Under the pieces are notes generated by a model. It did no database searches, was not told where the DNA came from, and saw only the letters and a list, made by a program, of their open reading frames with translations. A stretch of DNA of 64,000 nt from a virus. Lineage: Duplodnaviria > Caudoviricetes. Shown here piece by piece: positions 48,683 to 58,600 of this stretch; the first letter of the stretch is position 1, and each line of letters begins with the position of its first letter. A program made the translations under genes and the position numbers. The stretch lies in the IMG/VR virus record IMGVR_UViG_3300036770_003093, positions 54,244 through 118,243 of that record; one strand, 5' to 3'.

Positions 48683-49709
48683 TGAACTTGCGCTAGAAGG
48701 AGAATTCTACGCTAAAGATTTTTACTTTAGCTACTCCTCACTAAACAAACTACTGTATTCGCCGTCAGCTTTCTATAAGCACTACATCCTTAATGAAAGA
48801 GAAGACAAAGTAGAATCTTATTTGATTACAGGTAAGGTTATACATAGTCTTATTCTTGATAAAGGACGCTTTGACGATTTCTTTGTGGTTGTTCCCACGA
48901 ATCTTCCCGGGGATAGCATACGGAGAATTGTAGACTACATTTTCAAAGAACACTTTCTAAAACAAGAAGACTTTGAGAAAAATCTAGAAGACTATGATAA
49001 AGAGATACTTGCACACATGCAAGAAATAAATCTCTATCAGAGTTTGGTAGATGACAAAAAAGATGTACATTTGACAGGTGATAAGAAGCGACTCGAAAAG
49101 ATTATCACAGACCAATCCAAACAATACTTCTCGTACCTCAAATCAAGCTTAGGTAAAGATTTAATCGACGAAGAGACACTGAGAATTTGTGAAGAGGCCG
49201 TTGTGGCAGTAAAGCAAAACAAGCGGGCTTGTGAGCTTTTAAACACAGAGGCACAGTTTGAGTTACAAGAAGTATACAATGAGATGTTTATATCAAGGGA
49301 TTATAGACCCGTTTACCCTTTTGGTTTAAAGGGTATAATTGATAATATAACCATTGACCACTCTAAGAAGGTTATAACAATATGTGACCTTAAGACAAGT
49401 GGTAAAACACTCAGCGAGTTTCCAACAACAATAGAGTTCTATAATTATTGGTTACAGGCAGCACTCTACGTCAGAATGGTTCACCACGAGTTAGTTCTCA
49501 GTAAACCAGACGCTAATATGTGGAAAATCAACTTTCACTTTGTGGTAGTTGATAAGTTCAACATGTGCTATGTTTTCGATGTTACAGACGAAACTATGAA
49601 TGTTTGGCAAGAACGTCTTACAGATGTACTCAACAAAGCAAGTTATCATTACTCAAATCGCTCATTTAGTCTTCCCTATGAGTTCTTAGTTGGTAATGTA
49701 AAACTGTAA
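48672..49709 (+). CDS. PD-(D/E)XK exonuclease (DUF3799/RecE-like)
   Basis: SYSSLNK, GKVIH, KGIIDN, DLKTSG and YWLQAALY motifs. Confidence 0.85.
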   Translation: MNFDELALEGEFYAKDFYFSYSSLNKLLYSPSAFYKHYILNEREDKVESYLITGKVIHSLILDKGRFDDFFVVVPTNLPGDSIRRIVDYIFKEHFLKQEDFEKNLEDYDKEILAHMQEINLYQSLVDDKKDVHLTGDKKRLEKIITDQSKQYFSYLKSSLGKDLIDEETLRICEEAVVAVKQNKRACELLNTEAQFELQEVYNEMFISRDYRPVYPFGLKGIIDNITIDHSKKVITICDLKTSGKTLSEFPTTIEFYNYWLQAALYVRMVHHELVLSKPDANMWKINFHFVVVDKFNMCYVFDVTDETMNVWQERLTDVLNKASYHYSNRSFSLPYEFLVGNVKL

Positions 49710-49714
49710 ACCCC

Positions 49715-50281
49715 ATGGTTATCGAATCTTTGTACACGGATTATTTCCAAAAATCTAAAGCCTTTATGTATCCGGTTTTAGGTGTTAAACGAGGAAGCAG
49801 TGTCACACCCATTGAAACTTATGTTTCATGGGTGGGGCACCTTGTTCCTGAAGACATGCGTTTGATATGCAAGTATCACATGCGTGAGGATGCAGAATTT
49901 ATAAACTTTGAAAAGACCCATTTACGAAGCTCTAAATACTTTGAAAGATTTCATCTTGTAGATGATAAAACAGGACTTTACATATTTGATATGTCTAAGC
50001 ATAAATCTGACTGGTATTACCTTCTAAGCGGTAAATATTCAAAGTTTAGTAATAATCAAAAGAATATCATCTTAAAATTCTTTGGTGGTAATTCTTCAAG
50101 CTCTGTCTACATAGACAGTTTCTTGAATCCAAAAAAATATTTTGAAATCTATGCGAAACTACTAGATGTTCCTAAAGAGCTTTTAGAAAGCGTTGGCGAG
50201 CTGTGCTCTATGCCGGATTTAGAAAAGGAATCACTAGTATCTTTAGTGGAAGATTTTGATAGAAGCGCGTTAATTAGCTAA
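49715..50281 (+). CDS. Hypothetical protein
   Basis: 188-aa ORF. Confidence 0.7.
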   Translation: MVIESLYTDYFQKSKAFMYPVLGVKRGSSVTPIETYVSWVGHLVPEDMRLICKYHMREDAEFINFEKTHLRSSKYFERFHLVDDKTGLYIFDMSKHKSDWYYLLSGKYSKFSNNQKNIILKFFGGNSSSSVYIDSFLNPKKYFEIYAKLLDVPKELLESVGELCSMPDLEKESLVSLVEDFDRSALIS

Positions 50282-50299
50282 CTTTACCAAAAAATTATA

Positions 50300-50704
50300 A
50301 TGAAAAACAACAGTATTAAACCAACAATGCTTGCTATCAAATCAACGTGGAATGGCAAGCAAACAGCAAAGCTTATACCTATAAGTAACGATTGCCCTTA
50401 TGTAGAATGTATAATGGATCCAGAGAGCAAAATCATGGTAGTTATCTCTAAAGTTTCTAAGCAAACTTTACATATGCTACCAAGATTAGATGACAATGGG
50501 GACCCTAAAATACTTAAAGTAACCAAGCGTCCTAGTGGTAAAACAGTAATGGAAGAGCGTAAAACAATTGAGACTTTCCAAGAATACTATATTGATGATA
50601 AAACAGCCATTATGAATATAATCGACCTTCACAGCGTAAATCCTGAAGAGATTAAAGTTATAGTAGCTGAGATTTTATCAGACTCCGCAGCGAGTCAAAA
50701 ATAA
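50300..50704 (+). CDS. Hypothetical protein
   Basis: 134-aa ORF. Confidence 0.7.
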   Translation: MKNNSIKPTMLAIKSTWNGKQTAKLIPISNDCPYVECIMDPESKIMVVISKVSKQTLHMLPRLDDNGDPKILKVTKRPSGKTVMEERKTIETFQEYYIDDKTAIMNIIDLHSVNPEEIKVIVAEILSDSAASQK

Positions 50705-50805
50705 CCCTTTTGGGTTTAGTGGTAAGCAGTAGAGGCCGGGGGTAACACCCCGGCTTTTACATTCTCAAGCCACACCTTTACAAAACCAATAAAACACTTA
50801 ATAAA

Positions 50806-50988
50806 ATGGAAGAAGAAGTACTGAAAGAGTTAATCAAAGAAATGGAGCTTAGGGCAGCATCATTTGAGTATAACCGTGACTTGAATAAAGAAGTTGATGC
50901 ACAGCATGGTTATTGGGACGGCAAGCGTTCAGAAGCGCAATTTATGGTCGAAAAATTAACATGGATTTTGGAGAATGGTGGGCTTTAG
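50806..50988 (+). CDS. Small hypothetical protein between 21-nt direct repeats
   Basis: TCAAGCCACACCTTTACAAAA at 50765 and 50993. Confidence 0.65.
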   Translation: MEEEVLKELIKEMELRAASFEYNRDLNKEVDAQHGYWDGKRSEAQFMVEKLTWILENGGL

Positions 50989-51058
50989 AGAGTCAAGCCA
51001 CACCTTTACAAAATGACTAAAAAGTAAAGTTATATAGTTACCTTTTAACAATTAAATT

Positions 51059-51310
51059 ATGAACCAAGAACAAAGAATACGAATGAAACAAAAATTTGCT
51101 GATGCTGGAGAGCAGTCGGCATTGACAAACCTTGAACAATTGCCGAGCAGAATTAGGCATTATTTACTTGAGTGGAAAGATTGCCATTTAGAAGAATATT
51201 GTCGTAATTACGGCGAACTAAAATTACGTGATTTAACCAAGCGACAACTTCATGCTTTGTTTTATTATGCAACTTCAAAAGATTTTTCATTGAAATCTTG
51301 GGAAGATTGA
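51059..51310 (+). CDS. Small hypothetical protein
   Basis: 83-aa ORF followed by ..ACGCATAAC. Confidence 0.65.
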   Translation: MNQEQRIRMKQKFADAGEQSALTNLEQLPSRIRHYLLEWKDCHLEEYCRNYGELKLRDLTKRQLHALFYYATSKDFSLKSWED

Positions 51311-51426
51311 TAGCATTACGCATAACCGCACCTGCAATTTTTAGAACCCGAATCAGCCCCTATTACACTTAATAAATAAAACAAAATAAGTTTGGGGTGA
51401 ATTATTAACAACTAAACTTTATTAAA

Positions 51427-51669
51427 ATGCAAGAAAATTCAAAAAACAACGAAACTGCCCAATTGGGTATAGGTGCTGTTATGCACCGTTTGAAAACTAT
51501 ACAAACATTGAGAAATAGTCCAGACCTACTGCTGCTAATGGCGGAGTTTAAACGAGCTAATTTTGTTGGCTCTTACATAATAAAACATCAAATTGAATCA
51601 GAGGAAGAGTTAGCAGCAGTATGGCTATCTCAATTGGAAGCACAATTGTTTCGGTCAAATGGTGCATAA
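51427..51669 (+). CDS. Cassette-associated hypothetical protein
   Basis: Stop codon lies inside GCATAAC; the N-terminus is encoded by an attC-like half site. Confidence 0.6.
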   Translation: MQENSKNNETAQLGIGAVMHRLKTIQTLRNSPDLLLLMAEFKRANFVGSYIIKHQIESEEELAAVWLSQLEAQLFRSNGA

Positions 51670-51963
51670 CGTTTTGCAAATAGGCGAAGCGGAACGTAGT
51701 GTAGTTTTGCTTATTTGCTGTTATAAGCCGTTTTTATTTACTAATTAATTTTAAAAATATGATGACAATAAACTTAAACATCAAGGCAAATGTAGATAAT
51801 CTAACACTTGCAGAAATTTACGAACTACTTGCTAAGTATAGCCGAGAAACAAAAAACAAGGACAATTTTTATGAGTTCAAAGGCTATATTTTTAAAATAG
51901 AAGCACAAACCAATATGTCAATTGATTATGTTATTACAGAGGTCATTTAAAATGGCTTATAAC
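51478..51963 (+). mobile_element. Integron-like gene cassette array (two cassettes with attC-like sites)
   Basis: GTTATGCACCGTTTGA...TCAAATGGTGCATAAC and GTTATAAGCCGTTTT...AAAATGGCTTATAAC, with a full hairpin at 51664-51729 between them. Confidence 0.65.
51759..51950 (+). CDS. Cassette-borne small hypothetical protein
   Basis: 63-aa ORF filling the second cassette. Confidence 0.65.
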   Translation: MMTINLNIKANVDNLTLAEIYELLAKYSRETKNKDNFYEFKGYIFKIEAQTNMSIDYVITEVI

Positions 51964-52035
51964 TAATGTATAGGCGCAACAGCCCTACTTAGGTGGGGCT
52001 TTTTGTTATAAACCACTAAGATTAATAACTATGAT

Positions 52036-54027
52036 ATGGCATATGGATATGTAATGGACTATGAAACAATGTCCAACCTCTTCGTGGGTGTATTCGAGGA
52101 TATTAACACAGAAACTCAACACGTTTTTATAGTTCATAGGCTACGCAATGATCTTTCTAAACTACTCAAGTTCTTAGATGGTAATATCAAGAATAACGAA
52201 AGGCATATATCCTTTAATGGTTTAGCATTTGATGCTCAAATTACTGAGTATATACTTAAGCATCGTGATTACTTATTATCTATACCCGGGGAGGCTGTTG
52301 CTAGAGAAATCTACGCCGAGGCGCAACGGGTCATCGAGCTTAGTAACGCCGGCGAGTTTGCTAGCTATTCTGAGTGGCAGATGAAGATTAAACAGATAGA
52401 TGTATTTAAGCTAAACCACTGGGATAATGCTGCGAAACGCTCTAGTTTAAAATGGATACAGTATTCCATGGATTGGTCTAACATACAAGACATGCCATAC
52501 ATCCATACTCTGGATGTAGAAAGTTTTGATATAATCAATGAAATCGTAGACTACTGTATCAATGACGTAAAGTCCACTAAAGCAATTTTGTTCCTGTCTA
52601 AAAACCAGGTAAATCTAAGAAACAAACTAAGCCTAGAGTATAAGATATCTCTTTATTCAGCATCAGAGCCCAAGATTTCTAAAGATTTATTTCTGTTGTT
52701 TTTATCTAAGAAGCTTAAGGTTCCTAAGTATGAGCTCAAGAAATATAAAACTGTAAGGAAGTCTATTGATATCTCTAAGATACTACTAGACTATATCAGT
52801 TTTGTTAGACCAGAGTTTCAAAGGTTGCATGCGAAGTTTAAAAGCTTAATCATCGACCCGAAGAATACTAAAGGCGCCTTTGAGTATCACATTAGGTACC
52901 GCAATGTTCAAACAGATTTTGGTTTTGGCGGCGTGCATGGTTCAAATAAAAGCGGTGAATATGTTGCTAAGGACGGCATGATTATCATGACCTCAGATGT
53001 AACTAGCTTCTACCCGAATCTTGCAATTAGAAACAAATGGTCACCTGCACACATACCCAAAGATATATTCTGTGAGCAGTATGAGTGGTTCTTCGATGAG
53101 CGTACAAAAATACCGAAGAAAGACCCCAAGAACTATGTGTACAAGATTATTCTAAACAGTACATATGGTTTGAGCAATGAGGAAAATAGTTTCTTATATG
53201 ACCCCGAGTTTACCATGCGTATCACCATGAATGGTCAGCTAACACTAATGATGCTTTACGAAATGATTTGTGAAGCTATCCCGGAAGCTATACCAATTAT
53301 GCAGAATACAGATGGTCTAGAAACAATGATTCCTGAACACGCGTATGATAAATATATGGAAGTGTGTAAACGGTGGGAGGAGATAACAAAATTATCTCTA
53401 GAACATGACCAGTACGATAGAATATTTCTCGGCGACGTGAATAACTATATCGCCCTATTCACAGAAAAGGAATGCTCTCAAGAGGAGCTTTCTAAGATAC
53501 TGATAGCAAATCCCCACTTTCCACATAGAGAAGACAACGGCAAGTTCTATTATCAACCAGTAAAATGCAAGGGTAGATTTGAGTTCGTAGATCTTCCGCT
53601 TCATAAGAACAAGAGTTTTCTAATAATCCGCAAAGCTATTTACAACAACCTTGTGTTTAACACTCCTGTAGAAGAAACTATCAACAACTGCAAAGATGTT
53701 TTCGACTTCTGCGCAGGTGTAAAGATTAAAGGTGACTGGGAGTTTGTACAAACATGTATTATAAATGGCAAGGTAACAAAAGAAAAACTGCAGAACACAC
53801 TAAGATACTATGTAAGTAACAAAGGATGTAAAGTCATAAAGTATAATTACACAGATGGTAGAGAAATACAGCTTGAAAGCGGCCCGTGGCTGCAAACAAT
53901 TTTCGTTAAGTATGAAAAGAAACCTTTTGAGCAGTATGATTTAAATCTTAAATATTACATACTGAAAGCAAAGCAAGAAATAGAGAAGCTTAAACAAACA
54001 AACTTTAAACAATTAACTTTTTTCTAA
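52036..54027 (+). CDS. polB: DNA polymerase family B
   Basis: Exo motifs DYET, FNGLAFD and YCINDV; polymerase motifs SDVTSFYP, KIILNSTYG and NTDG. Confidence 0.92.
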   Translation: MAYGYVMDYETMSNLFVGVFEDINTETQHVFIVHRLRNDLSKLLKFLDGNIKNNERHISFNGLAFDAQITEYILKHRDYLLSIPGEAVAREIYAEAQRVIELSNAGEFASYSEWQMKIKQIDVFKLNHWDNAAKRSSLKWIQYSMDWSNIQDMPYIHTLDVESFDIINEIVDYCINDVKSTKAILFLSKNQVNLRNKLSLEYKISLYSASEPKISKDLFLLFLSKKLKVPKYELKKYKTVRKSIDISKILLDYISFVRPEFQRLHAKFKSLIIDPKNTKGAFEYHIRYRNVQTDFGFGGVHGSNKSGEYVAKDGMIIMTSDVTSFYPNLAIRNKWSPAHIPKDIFCEQYEWFFDERTKIPKKDPKNYVYKIILNSTYGLSNEENSFLYDPEFTMRITMNGQLTLMMLYEMICEAIPEAIPIMQNTDGLETMIPEHAYDKYMEVCKRWEEITKLSLEHDQYDRIFLGDVNNYIALFTEKECSQEELSKILIANPHFPHREDNGKFYYQPVKCKGRFEFVDLPLHKNKSFLIIRKAIYNNLVFNTPVEETINNCKDVFDFCAGVKIKGDWEFVQTCIINGKVTKEKLQNTLRYYVSNKGCKVIKYNYTDGREIQLESGPWLQTIFVKYEKKPFEQYDLNLKYYILKAKQEIEKLKQTNFKQLTFF

Positions 54028-54707
54028 TGGAACCATACGAAGTAATAGAATTAAAAAATGATCATGTACTACATATTGTACATGACACCAATCCTGAATC
54101 TCCCAGAAGCTGGGAGCCTTTAGGAACAATGATTTGTGTACACAGACGATATAATCTTGGAGATATTCAAGCAGACAGCAACCTTGAGTGCTTACAACAA
54201 ATTGCAGACGATTTAGGAATAACTGAGATTATAGAGGATCTCGAAATGTATGAAGAAATTTATGAAGATGAAGAGCAGCTTCAAGATTGGATTAACTCAA
54301 GAGAAGACTATGTAATTCTACCATTATATCTTTACGATCACGGTGGTATTACTATGAGTACTTCTAGTTATAGTTGCCGCTGGGATTCTGGTCAGGTAGG
54401 GTACATATATTGCCCTACCAACAAAATCCTAAAAGAATATGGTAACACTAACCTAAGTACTTTAACTAAAGTTGAGGACATTCTAGAAGATGAAGTAAAG
54501 ACATATGACCAGTATCTAACTGGTGACACTTATGGATATAAGCTTTACAAAAAAGAAAAGTGTTCTTTAGGCCACGAGCATCTTGAACTTATAGATTCTT
54601 GTTATGGTTTTTACGGAGATGATTTTAAACAAAATGGTATCTTTGGCCACATTGATTCTAAACTAATCCCCGAAGAATATGCAACAGCAACTGTGGAAAG
54701 TCATTGA
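54027..54707 (+). CDS. Conserved hypothetical protein
   Basis: LPLYLYDHGGITMS...WDSGQVGYI...DSCYGFYG. Confidence 0.75.
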   Translation: MEPYEVIELKNDHVLHIVHDTNPESPRSWEPLGTMICVHRRYNLGDIQADSNLECLQQIADDLGITEIIEDLEMYEEIYEDEEQLQDWINSREDYVILPLYLYDHGGITMSTSSYSCRWDSGQVGYIYCPTNKILKEYGNTNLSTLTKVEDILEDEVKTYDQYLTGDTYGYKLYKKEKCSLGHEHLELIDSCYGFYGDDFKQNGIFGHIDSKLIPEEYATATVESH

Positions 54708-55062
54708 CTTTCACCAATCTTTTAGACAACCCTATTCTAAGATACCTACACTACTTCCCATGGAAGAGTGCACTCTAAGACACGACCTCATGAAAGAGGA
54801 GAATGTAGAGTATCTCATTGCATGCGGAGAAGGTAATCTACCAGAGATTGCCGACGCTCTAGGAGATCAGTTATACATCTTACTTGGTACCATTATCAAA
54901 CATGGTATGCAAGATGTAATCGCTGATGTTTTTAGAGAAATCCATGATAGCAACATGACAAAACTAGGTGAAGATGGTTTACCTATTTTGCGCGAAGACG
55001 GTAAGATTTTAAAAGGTCCTAATTACAAAAAACCAAACATTAAACAATTCTTTGAAAAATGA
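54679..55062 (+). CDS. MazG-like NTP pyrophosphohydrolase
   Basis: LMKEENVE, IADALGDQLY, HDSNMTK and REDGKILKG motifs. Confidence 0.85.
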   Translation: MQQQLWKVIDFHQSFRQPYSKIPTLLPMEECTLRHDLMKEENVEYLIACGEGNLPEIADALGDQLYILLGTIIKHGMQDVIADVFREIHDSNMTKLGEDGLPILREDGKILKGPNYKKPNIKQFFEK

Positions 55063-55379
55063 ACATCGTAAAATTAGATGAGGTAAAACACCTCTACACA
55101 GATTTGGTATACCAAGATGGTAAACCCTACTTGATTCCTTTGACTCAGGTAACAGAAGATGATATCCGGGAGTTTCTAACTAAAACTGACCAGGTGTTTA
55201 ATGATGATATGGTAAAGGATATCACCAACCATATGCATAAATCCATTGCTGAAGTTTACCTGGAAGGTAATATCTACACAATAGGTAGATTGTTTAGCCT
55301 GCTTATTGAAAGAAAATACGACGTATTTGATTTAATCGGCGCCGGTGAAGCTTTAGATTTAGCAACTTTTAAATCGTAA
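55059..55379 (+). CDS. Hypothetical protein
   Basis: DVFDLIGAGEALD C-terminus. Confidence 0.7.
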   Translation: MNIVKLDEVKHLYTDLVYQDGKPYLIPLTQVTEDDIREFLTKTDQVFNDDMVKDITNHMHKSIAEVYLEGNIYTIGRLFSLLIERKYDVFDLIGAGEALDLATFKS

Positions 55380-55382
55380 TAC

Positions 55383-55604
55383 ATGAGCTTTTTTGTAAAA
55401 TGTATAAACGCGAGTGGTTATAACAGCGGTTTAATTGAAGACTCTGTATATAAAGTTCTAGAAGTAACAGAAAAAGGTAATTTTATTCTGGAAGGAGCTA
55501 CTCCACCAGAACCATTTACGTCATTTGAAAAAACAAGATTCGCTGTTGTAGATGATACACCAGCTGAAATTGAAGAGTTAGACGAGTGTGTTTATAAATC
55601 TTAA
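55383..55604 (+). CDS. Hypothetical protein
   Basis: VKCINAS...YKVLEV...RF, small beta-barrel-like. Confidence 0.65.
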   Translation: MSFFVKCINASGYNSGLIEDSVYKVLEVTEKGNFILEGATPPEPFTSFEKTRFAVVDDTPAEIEELDECVYKS

Positions 55605-55621
55605 AGATTTAAAATTTAAAT

Positions 55622-55660
55622 ATGGGGGATTGAGCTTATGCTCTTTCCCCCATTTTTTTT
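55622..55660. terminator. Terminator between converging gene blocks
   Basis: atggggga/tcccccat hairpin with a T-run. Confidence 0.8.
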
Positions 55661-58600
55661 TACTTACGCGCTTCAACAGATTCTTGTGGCATGATTCCTC
55701 TGCCCACTGGGTCATAGAACTTACCTTTAACACCAAATAGACTTAGAGTATGGTTCATAATCTTGTAGCTATCTTTTTCTTGCCATGAGAATGGACCAAC
55801 ATCTCTAGTATACTTAGCTTTCTCTGAGCCAATTGACATATAGAACATGTCTTTTAGCAATGTTCCCATTTGACCTATTGACCTGCCAAATACTAAACTT
55901 GTTAAGTCAGCATTTTCACGAAGGTCTTCTAAACCAAGTTTTGGTACTGGGATAAAAGATGTTGTTTCTGCAAATACGTTTTTAGAAAACAAAATCAAGT
56001 GTTGAGCTAACCACCAATCAACGTTAAAGTTATTACTAAACATATCTCCTGATTTTGCCCGCAACTTTTTATATCTATCGTCATCACCTGGGTCATATCC
56101 AAACAGTATTGTAGACATCATGTATAGCATAGCTATAATGATAACCTCCATTAGTATTTTACGAAGAGCATACTTCTCTTCTTTGCTCATGAACTTCCAA
56201 TACTTATTTGATACATTAGCCATTTTAATTAGTGCAAGAACACCCTCAACATAATATCCTCTTTCTACAGTGTTCATTGCCCAATTATACCTGTATCCAC
56301 CAACATTACCATCCCGGGTACTAAAACCAAATCTATTCATAAACATTTCAGTAAAATATTTACGAAGGAAGCTTGTTACTTTATATGCATAGAACTTATT
56401 AGCCATAGGTAGGTCAATATCAGCATATGCACCATAAAGTTTATTAGCAGCATTTTGCATCAACGTTTTAAACTTAGCATACTCAGTACCACCTAAGTCA
56501 TATTTTTTATCAACGCCGTCTTTCAATTTCATTTTACCAGAAGCATCCAGCTCCCAAGCATCAATGTACCGGATGTTTATCTTCTTACCATCACTAGTAG
56601 TTCTCTCGATGATTTTATGATGCATCATCCCAAAGAATAACTCTAAAACAGATTGTCTCTCTAAAAACTTACGAGGAGACATAAAGAAAGACAAACTTGT
56701 AACATCGCTAATAAATCCACGACTTTGAGTTTTACCAAAGTTTTGGTTAAAGTAACTCTGGCCGGGATCAAAGTTTAACATCATTTGTGTCTGTAGAGAA
56801 GGTAAACCTTTCTCATATCTCTGGCCCTGCATGCGAACCATTTGTTGGTGAGCCATTCTACTACCCACAGCCAAACTATACAGCGTTATGTTCTTACCAC
56901 CCGCAGCCTCAATAGCATTTTGTACAATCTGTCCACCCCAGTTCTTAGTAGCAGATACTAAATCTAAAGCAAAGAATCCAAATGATACTTGCTTCATAAA
57001 GAACTTGGTGATTTTATTTAGGTATGGATTATCACCAAAACTATTATTCTGTATACCTAAAAACTCACGATCATAAAGATGTGATATCTGAGCAGCTCTT
57101 AAATCTTGCCGGCGTTTATCACGAACATACTTAGTTATACCCTTTACACGAGCAATGTTTTTGTTTACAAGCTTAGTATTTTTCTGAGCATTTTGTTCTG
57201 AACCAGTGAATTCTTTAAGTGCTCTACCCAATGGGTCCATATCACTTAGCTGTTTATAGCGCATCGCGCTGAATAAGTACTTGTGGAAAGTTCTTATTAC
57301 ATCTAGTGATACCTGGTCAGTTTCTAATCTAGATAATCCACCAATTGGAATATATTCCTGCTCTTCACCTAATGCATTTACACGAACCATGTTCTTTTGA
57401 GAATCATAGTTTACATCTGAATCTGCAGTTTCACGAAATAGCGGTTCCTCTTCTCTAGCCTCTCTACTTACTAAACCTTTAATTTGTGTCCATGTACGCA
57501 GAGCTTTTTTCTTAATCTCGCCGCGAAGAATTAATTCTTGATTGTCTTCTATACCAAATCTTGGTAAGTCAAGATAAAGCTTACCATATGTAGATACTAC
57601 ATTTTGTGTTTGAAGATGGTACTTTTTCATAATCTCTAATATCTTATAGATATCAGAGTTTTTGTCCATGGCCTCAAACTCTTTGTTTATGTACCTATCA
57701 TCTTTAGCTGAGTTTCTATCTCCTGGAACATAAGGTCTAGGTAAGAAATTAGGATTCTCAGAAAGATTAGTGTTGTCGATATAAACACCTACATAACTGG
57801 ACCAGTCATCTTTCTTTAAAAGCTTGTATTCTTTTTTTACAGAACGATCATAAAATCTTGAACCGGGTACAGCGTTAACTGTTATATACTCACCTGTTTT
57901 CAGTTTTACCGTAGTAGTCTTTAAATAAGACTCATTAGTTGGTCTAATAATATTCCATAGATACAACCTCTCGTAGTAAACACCATCTTTATTTTCTTTT
58001 TGTACGTGATTTGCTAAAAACCAATCTTTAAAAGATCCATCAAGAGACATTAGAAAATTAGCTGTTGCGGCGTCAGCAGAAATATTAGTAGCTTCTTCAG
58101 CATTAACTTCATCTCTACCAAGCTTACTCATCCAAAAGTTTATAGTATCTACATAATCCTGATTTGGTTCTTTACTAGTAAGATCTGAAATATTACCTAA
58201 CAAACTGTAATAAATATCTTTATCCGCTTTACTTAAACCCAGAGCATCTTTCTTAGTTCTAAGAGTAGCAAACTCTGTAGCCTCAGATGGGGTATGCATT
58301 GTTGTCTTGTTATTAAGTTCATTGTATCTATCCCATTCAACAGAAGATAACCCAGATACACCAACTTGTTCTCTTTGAATTTGAACTATCTCTTCTTGTA
58401 AGTCTTTTACTTTCTTAAATGTTTCTGGTGATAAAACAGTTACATCAATTTGACCACTAGGATCCCGGGCAAGAATTAAAAGGTCATTGATCTCAGAATG
58501 TATTTCAGTAATTCTTGTGTTTCTAGCACCAGCAGGAAACTTAGCATTAATGAAATCTGTTAGTGCTTGTATTGCACGCTGTTTATCATCAAAGTATTTT

